This document shows, one piece after another, positions 1 to 9,935 of a stretch of 64,000 bases of DNA (position 1 is its first letter; every line of letters begins with the position of its first letter). Made by a program: the position numbers and the translations under genes. Origin of the DNA: Thecamonas trahens ATCC 50062 (lineage: Eukaryota; Protista; Apusomonadida); the NCBI RefSeq assembly GCF_000142905.1, contig NW_013657664.1, positions 400,133-464,132 on the forward strand, written 5' to 3'. The notes under the pieces are model-generated. The model made no database searches and had not been told where the DNA came from. It saw only the letters and a list, made by a program, of their open reading frames with translations.

Positions 1-698
1 CCTGGTGGGAATAGATGACGGAGAAGGAGGGAATAGCAGATGGGAGGGGAAAGAGGCAAGGGTAGAAGGGCGGACGGTATTAAAGTCAGAATCGGTGCAA
101 GTGATGGGCGTGGGAGAGCTTGAACATGCCGACGATCGACGTCGGAGCGAAGCAAGGTTCGCAGCAGTGCGCTTTGCCAAGCTGTTGGATGGAGAGGGTC
201 GACAGCCGGCGATCGAGGGGATGCTGCAAGGACATGATATTAGTAAGTGGACGACAACCGTACAAGAGGGCACAGGAGAAAGAAGCGATGGCTCATTTGG
301 GCTTGGGCCTGACTCCGGCACCATGCCCGGCACATCCGGCCACATCGCGTGATCACAAGAACTGTAGATCGTGTTCCATGGGGACATTGCTTTGCTCTGA
401 TAGCTCACGATGACCTTCAATTGCTCCGATGCCTGCAGTAGGCAACGTATATAAAGAACGTATGCTGTTGAGGCGTGTCGGCAGGGTGGATGCTGCAGAG
501 GTGATGACATTGGGTCAGGGGAGCTCGTGATCGACGAGGGCGGGGCCGGGATGGGGGGGGACGAGTCACGAGTCGATGGCAGCTCAGGGGTGCGCCCAAG
601 GTGGCTGGGCCGAGGCGTGGGGGCGAGCGGACGCGGTACTTGTCTGCAAGCAGGTGCCTGTCAGTAAAACCCGGCTTGTGCGTGGACGGCAGCACACG

Positions 699-1464
699 AT
701 GCTGGGCTGGCTGCCTGTGGTGACCAATGCGGGTACGTTGTGCGGGCGGCCGGTTGAGCAGGTCGAGCTGACCGGGGCATAGAGGTGGGGAGATGGACGA
801 CTCATGAAGATCTGGAGATTGGTTGGCTGCGATGTGGGGTTGGGGGCTGTGTTGCGGGGAAATCGGCGCATTGCGTGCTTCTGGTGCTGCTCCAGCCGCT
901 CTGCCTTCGATCGTGCACGGGTATCGGGAGGGGTTGGCTGTGGAGACAATGGTGCTTGTTGGCGCACTGGTGACGTCGATCGGATACCATGTGGCGCGGA
1001 CAATGTCGGCGAGAGTGCTGGGACTAACGCCGGTGCAGTGGCGGGTGGCGGACATCTACGTGGCGCACGTCATGTTTGTACTGATGGCCATCCATCTGCA
1101 CGGGCTTGCGAGGGGCTTGCGGCGGCTCCTGCTTGCTGTACTCCCTGGCACCATCGGCGTGGCGTTTGCGGTGATCGGCATCTCGCCGATCTTTCTCCTC
1201 ACCGTCGTCATGCCTGCGGTGGGCTCTGTCGCAGTCCGTGCGGCTATGAGCGGCGGGCTGGCGGGGATGGGCGTTGATGCGGCGGCATTCCGACGGGCGA
1301 TGGCGCCGTCGGTGGTATCTGGCGCGGCACTCGCGCTCTCTGGGATCTTTCCTCAACACTACGACGTGTGGCACTCACTGTGGCACTGTGCCGCGGGCCT
1401 GGCGTCGTATCGCATCTTTGTGGCACGCCGTGTGCCGAAGCGGAGCGGGCGGAGCTCGCCGTAA
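699..1464 (+). CDS. CREST-superfamily multi-pass membrane protein (TMEM8/PGAP6/myomaker-like); intron 733-895
   Basis: ATG 699 (MLGWLPVVTNA), GTACGT donor at 733 and CAG acceptor at 895 splice in frame. CREST motifs SxxxH (SIGYH), D (VADIY) and HxxWH (HSLWH), with several hydrophobic segments. Confidence 0.7.
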
Positions 1465-1574
1465 AATGGGATACATGGACCCAGGCACACACTCACTCCC
1501 ATACACACAACAAGCTCGCAGTTACTACCAGAGAGGGAGATAGGCACATGTGCTACGCGGAAGCGGTTTAACGC

Positions 1575-2430
1575 TCAGTCGAAGAGACCGAAGCCCATCG
1601 AGCCATCGGACGACTCCTCCTCCTCCTCGGCGGCGGCGGCGGGGGCGTCACCGGCGGCAGGGGCAGCACCGGCGGCCGGGGCGGCAGCGCCAGTCGGGAC
1701 GGAAGCGAACTTCTCCTGGCCGGCCTCGATGAGGGCCTCGACGGACTGGCCGTTGAGCGACTCGATGACCTTGGCGGTGCAGGTCGAGTCGACCTCGGAG
1801 CCGACGGCGTTGAGGATCTTCTCAACGTCAGCAGCCGACGGGGAGTCGTTGCCACCAAGGGAAGCGAGGAGGTACGCAGCGATGTACTTCACTGTGATCC
1901 GCACATACAGCGTCCGTGGTTGCTAGGTGAGTCGCAGTCGCCCATGCTCATGGCCGTGCTCATGGCCACATCGCCTCACACAAAAGTCATACAAAAACCT
2001 AAAACCCGCTCGCCAGCCACCACCACCACCACACACAGCCAGAGCTACCACGCCCGTGGCAAGCACACCTCGAGACGCACTATGCCATGAACGCACACAC
2101 TCTAACACATAGCATGCTGGGATACCGTGTACCCACAGTGGCCTGCAAGCCCTGGACTGCCGAAGGGGTACGGAGGGGGGAGACCGCCGCAAGTCGCCGC
2201 TGATGAAATTCGCTCTCTGTCCGACAGAGACCGCAAGCCACCCACGGTACCCACGGCCCGAGACGGCCACCTCAATCCCCATTCCCTCCCATACACAAGA
2301 AACCACGTGGTGCAACCACACATGGTGCCCTTGCGTGGCCATGCCCCCCTGTCCCCCTCCCTAGGCCCCCCCTGGCCCCCCTCCCGGACCTCCCCCCCCC
2401 CCGACTGCCCGATGCCATCAAACGCGTACT
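1575..2430 (-). CDS. RPLP2: 60S acidic ribosomal protein P2; start codon split A|TG by intron 1892-2429
   Basis: [10 protein letters not shown]-terminus, Ala-rich hinge and [18 protein letters not shown]-terminus. CCAACA|GTACGC donor and CACAG|TGAAG acceptor rebuild ATG AAG. The gene call is firm; the first exon is inferred. Confidence 0.93.
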
Positions 2431-2644
2431 GTTGGAATGGAGAGAGTGATGTGACTGACTCTGACAAACTGGTGCCCCCCGCACTTTCATTTCGTTTTGT
2501 CCGACTCGGCCGATTATCGAGTGTCTGTCAGATGGCATTCGAACGTTTCGCCTTTCTCGACCCCTCCCCCCCCCCCTTCTACTTGTACCATCGATGGCAC
2601 GCGCTGCCTTGCCCCTCAGTTGCAGAGTCATACAGATTTTACTG

Positions 2645-2689
2645 CAATCGCTTGCGCTACCATCGCTTGTGCTACAATCGCTTGTGCTC
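2645..2689. repeat. 3 x 15-nt tandem repeat spanning the CDF gene stop codon
   Basis: caatcgcttgcgcta / ccatcgcttgtgcta / caatcgcttgtgctc. Confidence 0.8.
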
Positions 2690-4011
2690 GGGAGAGTGGT
2701 CGGTCTCGGTGTCGAGATGGATGAAGCAGCGTTCGACTTCGTCGAGAGCCTCGACCGAGTCCTGCAGCGACTCGCCGATGTCATGGGCGATGTGTAGCGG
2801 GGTATTGGGTGGGAGACAGAGGTCGATCTCGACAAGAAAGTAGACGCCAAAGTAGTAGGCACGGACGGTGTCGACGAGAGCGTCGGGATGGTGCTGGGCG
2901 GCCATGTAGGTGAGTTTGCGGAGAAAGTCGTTGGGTGCGGACATGCCGGTGAGCTTGAGCAGCTGCTCCTTGCCGGCCGAGGCCCAGACGCGGATGATCC
3001 ACATGGCGAGGGCGATGCCGCAGACCGGATCGACCCACCATGCGACGGTCATGGCCGAAATGAAGGCGGCGAGAGTGCCAAAGGTGTTGGTGAGGACGTC
3101 GGTGATGTGGTCGGTAGCCAGCGCCTCGACCATGTCCGAGTCGTGGCTTTGCTGCACAAACTTGGCGAGCGCAAGAGGCCGAGCTTGGCCACAATGGTGA
3201 AGCCAAGGACGGTGATGGTCGACGCCGAGAGCGAAATGTCGGCGCCACCGTCGAGCAGCCGCAGGGCGCCGGTGAGGATGAGCTGGAGGGCGGCAGTTCC
3301 CATGACCGAGGCAAAGACGATGATACCCAGCGGCTCGAGCCGGCGCCGCCCGACCGGGTACTTGTACGGATCGCGGCGCGAGATGGCGCGCTCGGTCACA
3401 AACATGATGAGGCCCGAGACAAGGTCCAGCGCCGAGTCGACGGCAGATGCAAAGACTGCGAGCGAGCCCGAGGCGACGGCGGCAAATACCTTGGCCACAA
3501 AGAGGACCACGTTGACAGCCAGCGAGAGGCGGACCACCAGCTGGACCGCGCTCGGCGTTGCCGGCGGGCTTGTCGTCATCACTGCGTTTCGCGGCCGGAT
3601 GACGTCGACGGCACTCGCCGAGTCGGACCCATCGCCGTCGCCGAGCCGACCACCCATTCCGCCTCCCACCCCGGCGCCGGCTCGCCCCGACGGCGAGCCC
3701 TCTCCCCGCCCGAGCGTCACCTCGTCGAGCTCGTGCAGCGAGTCGATGTATGCGTTCTGTTGCCTGTAAAAGGTCGAGACCCGCGACGGCATGGCCCTCA
3801 CCGCCTCGTCGTCCATCCGCAGCGCCTCCAGCTCAGCCCTCCGTTCCGCCTTGAGCGCCGCCGCCGCCTCGGGGTTCAGAATCGCCGCCGTCAGCGGCTC
3901 GCCCGTCATCGACCAGTCCATGTCCGACTCGGACTCGTGATCACCACCAAGCAGCGCCACATGTTCGTCGTCGTCGGTGGTAAACCCGTAGCCGCCTGTT
4001 CCCGACGACAT
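2672..4011 (-). CDS. Cation diffusion facilitator, Mn-CDF/metal tolerance protein type; apparent 1-nt deletion at about 3173
   Basis: SGSLAVFASAVDSALD, YKYPVGRRRLEPLG, DHITD, DTVRAYYFG, AHDIGESLQ, VERCFIHLD. The two ORFs join if one T is added (CTC TT[T] GCG). Confidence 0.9.
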
Positions 4012-4714
4012 GACCGAGAGACACCGGTGGGTGGAGGTGGAAGAAAGTGCGTGATGCTGTTGGAGATGCAGCAAGGAGGCTCTCATGTGAGTTGCCTTGC
4101 ACGTTGCAGGCAGCTCGCCCGTCCCCCCCCCCCCCCCCCCCCAATCCTCCCACCCCCCTTCCATCCCCTTCCATCCCCTTCCCCACCCTCTTGCCATCAA
4201 ATCAGCCACAACAGTCCTTTTTCACCGCCTTTTGTCCGAGCCTGCCTTTGCACGCACGCTCTTCCGCCTTGCCGCGCCGCCTGGTCCGTCCCTCAACCCC
4301 CCCTCCACAGCCCCGATACCTACTCCTACGACTTGCTCAGTCTGCACAACCTGGTACCACAACCGCAACCCCTCCCCCCAAACAAGGAAGGTTTGCTTGA
4401 TTCAGTCAAGTGTACAGCCTGGAGCTGCGTGGGCCAAGTCAAAGGTGATGTGGTGGACCCTCGCCAAGGCTGCCGTGCGCCAGTCACTCACCATCGTCTG
4501 CAGGCAAATCCCCCCCCTCCCTCCACTCAGTTCCTCACCCACCACCCGCAGCTAGCCAGCCAGCCAGAGCTCGTCGGCGCCCTCACTCTCGTCCAAGCGC
4601 CCTCACTAGCTCGTCACCTCACTGCATTCAGGCATCTAGTGAGCATATCTTTGTGGAGTGCACCCCTCTGTACCTCATCACCACCGGGGCTTGCTCACTT
4701 TGCCACCTTCCGTC

Positions 4715-7700
4715 ATGTCTGCCTGTTCCCCTGCTGCAGTCCTGGCCGCTGCTGTCATCATGGCTGCCCTCTGCGGCGCCTGCTGCGGTACGCCCCGTCC
4801 TTCCGCCTTCGGCCCCCTCCCTCCCCCCTCCCTCCCTCCCTCCCTCCCTCCCTCCCTCCCTCCCTCCTTCGTCCTACCTCTCCATGCCTTTCCCCTCCTC
4901 CCCCCCTTCCCCTCCGTCCCCTCCATCCATCCTCTCCTCCATCCCCTCCGGCCTTCTCCCGCTCCCGCCATCGATCGTCTGCGACCTTTTTTCGCCGCAT
5001 GTTCGTCCCCTCCTCCCCCTTCACACCCTCTCACCGCCCTCCCTCGGGTCTCCTCCTGCACAGGCTCGAATGTGGCTGCCGACTACGTCAACACGTGGGT
5101 CAATGAGGGTGCTGTGGGAGCTGACAAACCGCCGGCATTGAGCAAGGCCGCGGCCGTGCGCTACGGCAGCGATGTGGTGATGTTCGGCGGGAAGAAGAGC
5201 GATGATGCAACGACGTCGTTGATGTACAAGTTTGTGACGGCGACGCAAGAGTGGCAGCTCGAAGTGTACAGCGGCGCAGGTGCTACACCTGCTCCACGGT
5301 ACGGGCATGCGATGGTGGCGTCGGTCTCCTCGCCGCACCTGCTGTACGTGTTTTCCGGCTGCTCGTCGGCTGCGTGTACGCCGGCGACATCGTCGGCCGA
5401 CATGCTGCCCTTTTCGAACGTGTACATGCAGTACAACCTGGTAACCAAGAAGTGGACGTCGCTGTCGGCTACCGGGACCATTGTTGATCCGCGGTTTGGC
5501 GCCCTTGTCCTGCCGTGGGTTGACTCGCGCTCGCCGGATACGCTCGATTCGGAGTACTTTGTCATCTACGGTGGGTACACGCCGGCGACAGCCAAGAACG
5601 ACAAGGTCTACTTGTTCCAGGTCTCGTCAGGCCAGTTTACCGAGCTTCCGATTCTGCCGTCGCCGTCAAACCCGCCACCGCTGGCCGAGCCGGCAGGCAT
5701 TGTGGTCGACGACGTGCTGTATGTGTTTGGCGGGCACGCGTACACCGGAACGGCATCGTACTCGAACACGGTGTATGCGCTGGATCTGCAGACCAACACG
5801 TGGTCGATTGTGGCGACGGCCAACACGCCTTCGCCGCGCGCCGGCGCTGCCTTTGGCACCGTCGACGGAACCTCGCTCCTCATCCATGGCGGCTACACCG
5901 GAACCACGCTCCTTGGCGAGACTGCTGTGCTCAACGTGACTGCGCCGACCAAGACCTGGTTCTCGCTGGCTTCCGGTGCCGGACGCGGCGGCACCGCGTC
6001 GGCCGTCGCCATGCACAACCTCTTTGTCTTTGGTGGACACACGGGCACCGTCCGCCCGGGCACGCTTTCGGGCGACGGGCTGACGTACTTTACCCGCCCA
6101 CAGGTGCTCTCGTCGAGCCCGAACAGCGGCAAGACGTGCGCGCAAAAGACGGTGACGGTTGTCGGGCGCGAGTTTCGGCCTGGCGCCGTCTGCGCCTTTG
6201 CCGGCGTTACCACGCCGGCGACGTACGTGTCGGCGACTAGCGTCACCTGCCCGGCAGCCATTCCGGTGGTGGAGAACTCGGTGTCGAGTGTTGAGGTGAG
6301 CGTCGGCAACGTGGCGCACCTGCTTGCAGCGCCGCGTGCTGCGGTGTCGTACCTCTACGCTGAGGACGTGTCGTCGCCGGCGACGACGCGCGCCATCGGC
6401 CTGCCGACGGCCGGTGAGGCCGGCACCGTTGTCCCGTTCCAGATCCAGACTTCGGCCTCGTGCGGCATCGAGCGGCTGACACGGTTCCTCGATCCGCCGC
6501 TCACCGGCAACAACGACAACGTGACGCTTGTGGTCACCGACGTGAACAACGCTGCAGTCATGTACTCGGTCCCTGTGGCCTTTGATGCCGACCCAACGAC
6601 GTTTGGGCGGTACACGGCAGCGCTCAACACTACTGTCGCCTCGGTCTACAGGCTGCACATTATTCTCAACGACGTCCCGGTTGCCGACGTGCCAGAGCTG
6701 ACGATTGCGCCGGCGCTGCCCGAGGCGGAAGCGGCAGACACCTTTATCACGCCGCCGGCGGCGACGACTTCGGTGGCCGGCACGCCGATTGTCTTTTACT
6801 TTGCCGCCGTCGACGCGTTCGGCAACGACGTGACCAACCCAGAGCTCTTTACTGCGGTCGCCGTTGTCAACCCGCGGGTGTCGCTCACCGGGGTCATTGG
6901 CTCTGGGCCGGGCACTTTGCTCAAGGTCACGTTCCCGACAACCACGACCGCTGGTGCGTACGCGATCACCGTCCGGACTGGGCACGACGCCGGGCTTGTC
7001 GGAAGTTATACGCATACGGTCGAGCCGGCGGCTTTCGACGTCGCCTCGTCGACGGCGTTTGGAGAGACCTCCATCGGCAAAGTCGCCGAGCGCAACGTCA
7101 TCTACATCCAACCGCGCGACCGATTCGGCAACGCACGGGTCGAGTCCGGTGTCGACTTTACCATGACGCTCGTGGGCTCGTCGTCCATCTCGGGCACCGT
7201 CTCAGAGAACACCGCTACCGGCCTGTACGAGGCCGAGTACACGGCGACCCGCGTTGGTCAGTACGCCATCGATATTCAGGTCGGCTCGACCGCCATTGTC
7301 GACTCGCCGTTCTCGGTCACCATCAAGGTTGGCTCGGTCCAGTCGATTCGCGACACCCGCGCGTTTGGCGCCGGCGTCCAGTCGGTCGTCGCCGGCAAGA
7401 AGGGCTTCTTCCTCGTCCAGGCTCGCGATCCGTACAACAACCTCGTGCCCTTTGGCGGGCTCAACCTCACCGTGACTTCGGCTGCCATCTCGGACGCCTC
7501 GGTCCTTGACCACGGTGACGGCTCGTACTCGGTCTCGTACACCGCCAAGCACCTCGGCCACTTTGGCGACCAGAAGCTGTGCGTCACCCAGGGCGGCGAC
7601 CACATCCGCGGCTCGCCGTTTGATCTCAAGGTTGAGTTTGGCGTTGTCTTTTTGTCATTGTCTTCCTTGTCGTCCTCATCGTCTCGGTCATCATCGCCAT

Positions 7701-8025
7701 CGGCTGCACGTGGGCGTTCAACAAGGCCCACCGCCGCTACCGCTACAAGATGCTGATGCGGAACCCGGACAAGGTCTTCCCCACCGTTGAGGACGACCAC
7801 GACGAGAACGACCCTTGGGTCGTCGATCCGGACTGGGCAGAGGGCGGTGTCCCACTTGACGACATCGGCCTCGACATGGACCCGGATGCAGGCTTTGGCG
7901 TCAACGACCTTGTCTCTGACTTTCACGATACCCCGGCCATTGCCGCTCCGCCGTCCTCGGCCGCCTCGGCCGACAACCACCACGACGCCACGGGCATTCC
8001 CATGGCCAACCTCTCCCGTACCTAG
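4715..8025 (+). CDS. Type I membrane protein: signal peptide, Kelch propeller, IPT/TIG domain, filamin/Ig-like repeats, TM helix, acidic tail; intron 4788-5063; apparent 1-nt deletion at 7649-7653
   Basis: Hydrophobic N-terminus; Kelch motifs (VMFGG, PRYGHAM, IYGG, YVFGG, IHGG); IPT (SSPNSG..VTVVGREF); filamin repeats (QPRDRFGN, DHGDGSYSVSY, IRGSPF). Adding one T yields the TM helix VIVFLVVLIVSVIIAIG followed by KAHRRYRYK. Confidence 0.8.
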
Positions 8026-8181
8026 CCTCGAGGTCAAGTGCAATACAGCAACATCGAAATGCCCGTCACACTCGCCCAATCCAGCCTCCTCCCTCCCTCG
8101 GCCCGTCCCGGTCCACCCCACTCCCCACTCTCCCCCACCCCACCCCCCCCACCCCACTTCCACCTCCAATCACATACCCAT

Positions 8182-9765
8182 ATGCTGAGGACAGCAGCCG
8201 CGGGCCTGTGCACGCGCAGACTTGGGCGCGGGCTGTGGGCGGGCTCAGCCGGCGTCCGCGGACTGGCGACGAGCCTGCGGGCGCAAAGCATGCCGCCGGC
8301 GGCGCCTATGCTGACGATGGCAACGACGATTAACGCGCTGATGCAGGAGGCGCTCGGCGAGGGCGAAGGCGGGGCTGGGCGACAGAGCGGAGTGCATGTG
8401 GCGGGTTGGGTCAAGTCTGTGCGGCGGCAGAAGCACATTGCCTTTGTTATGATCGACGACGGAACGTGGTCCAAGCCGCTGCAGGTGGTGGTCAAGGGCG
8501 AGGCGGCGGCGGATCTGCCGGACAATCTGCAGGTGGGAGACGCAGTGCGGGCGTCGGGCGATCTGGTTGGCTCCAAGGGCGGCGGGCAGGCGTTCGAGCT
8601 TGTGGCCAAGTCGCTGGCTCCGCTGCCGGGCTCGCCGACGGCCGACTCTGGCCACGGCAAGAGCTACCCGCTGCAGAAGAAGGCCCACTCGCAGGGCTTT
8701 CTGCGGTCGCTCCCGCATCTTAGGGCGCGGACCTCGCACTTTGCGGCAACGATGCGGGTCCGGTCGCGGCTGGCGCGGGCACTGCAGGTGTCGGCCGAGG
8801 ATCATCTGGGATGCATCCGGGTCCAGACCCCGGTCATTACCGCTGGCGACTGCGAGGGCGCCGGTGAGCGCTTTGCGGTGGCGCCCGAGGGCACAGCGCC
8901 TGGAGACGCTGCAGCTTTCTTTGGCGCGCCGACCTTTCTCTCGGTCTCGGGCCAGCTCGAGGCCGAGGCGCTCGGCTCGGGCCTCGGCAATGTGTACACC
9001 TTTGGCCCGACGTTCCGGGCAGAGAACTCGAACACCTCGCGGCATCTTGCCGAGTTCTGGATGCTTGAGCCAGAGTTGTACTTTATCGACTCGCTGGACA
9101 CACTGCTGCACGCGGCAACAACACTGGTCACTGCGGCGGTGGGCGAGGTGCTCGACGACGCGCGGGCGGCGGCAGACCTGAGCCTGCTCGATCCGGACTT
9201 TGAGCTGCGGCTGTCGCGGTTGGTCACGCCGGGCGCGCCGTGGGCCGCCATCGAGTACACTGACGCCATTGCCGAGCTGCGGGCGGCGGTCGAGGCCGGC
9301 GCTGCCAAGTTTGCGCAGGAGCCGGTGTGGGGCATGGACCTTTCGACCGAGCACGAGCAGTTTGTGGTGGCGCGGCTCAACCCGGGCCGCCCTACGTTCA
9401 TCGTCAACTACCCGGCGTCGATCAAGCCGTTCTACATGAAGGCCAACCCGCGGAAGCCAGGCATTTCCGCCGACGGCGACACCGTTGCCGCCTTTGACCT
9501 CCTTCTTCCGGACGTCGGCGAGGTGATGGGCGGCTCGATGCGCGAGGACAACGCAGAGCTTCTCGAGCGGGCCATGGTTGCCAAGAGCATGGATCCTGCG
9601 CTGTACGAGTGGTACCTCGATCTGCGGCGGTTTGGCTCGGCGCCGCACGGTGGCTTTGGCCTCGGCTTTGACCGGCTGCTGCAGTACGTGACTCGGACGC
9701 CGTCGATCCGCGACGTTGTTGCCTTTCCTCGTGGCCCGGCATACTTTGCCTCGCATCCAGTGTAG
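8182..9765 (+). CDS. NARS2: Asparaginyl-tRNA synthetase, mitochondrial type
   Basis: Arg-rich presequence MLRTAAAG, OB fold GWVKSVR, SVSGQLEAE, FGPTFRAENSNTSRHLAEFWMLEPE, PHGGFGLGFDRL. Confidence 0.95.
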   Translation: MLRTAAAGLCTRRLGRGLWAGSAGVRGLATSLRAQSMPPAAPMLTMATTINALMQEALGEGEGGAGRQSGVHVAGWVKSVRRQKHIAFVMIDDGTWSKPLQVVVKGEAAADLPDNLQVGDAVRASGDLVGSKGGGQAFELVAKSLAPLPGSPTADSGHGKSYPLQKKAHSQGFLRSLPHLRARTSHFAATMRVRSRLARALQVSAEDHLGCIRVQTPVITAGDCEGAGERFAVAPEGTAPGDAAAFFGAPTFLSVSGQLEAEALGSGLGNVYTFGPTFRAENSNTSRHLAEFWMLEPELYFIDSLDTLLHAATTLVTAAVGEVLDDARAAADLSLLDPDFELRLSRLVTPGAPWAAIEYTDAIAELRAAVEAGAAKFAQEPVWGMDLSTEHEQFVVARLNPGRPTFIVNYPASIKPFYMKANPRKPGISADGDTVAAFDLLLPDVGEVMGGSMREDNAELLERAMVAKSMDPALYEWYLDLRRFGSAPHGGFGLGFDRLLQYVTRTPSIRDVVAFPRGPAYFASHPV

Positions 9766-9935
9766 CGCACCGAGCCGCACGAGCCGCCATGCCTTACCCC
9801 CACCACCCACCCACCCCGAACCCCTCACCACACTGACACTGCTCAACTGCTGTGTTCACCATTTACATGCACATCGACCGACAGCCAGCTTACGCACAGG
9901 GAATAAATACGTGCGTGTACAAGCAAAGCTGCCAG

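Noticed and set aside
2196-2245. Hammerhead (CTGATGA on +) or HDV-like ribozyme (hairpin + GCGAA on -)
   Set aside because: I could not build the required stems (hammerhead stem II/GAAA spacing; HDV P1/P3).
8245-9846. Long antisense or shifted ORFs over real genes (also 5666-7111, 34808-36412, 55647-56876)
   Set aside because: Shadow ORFs expected from high GC3; no recognisable motifs.
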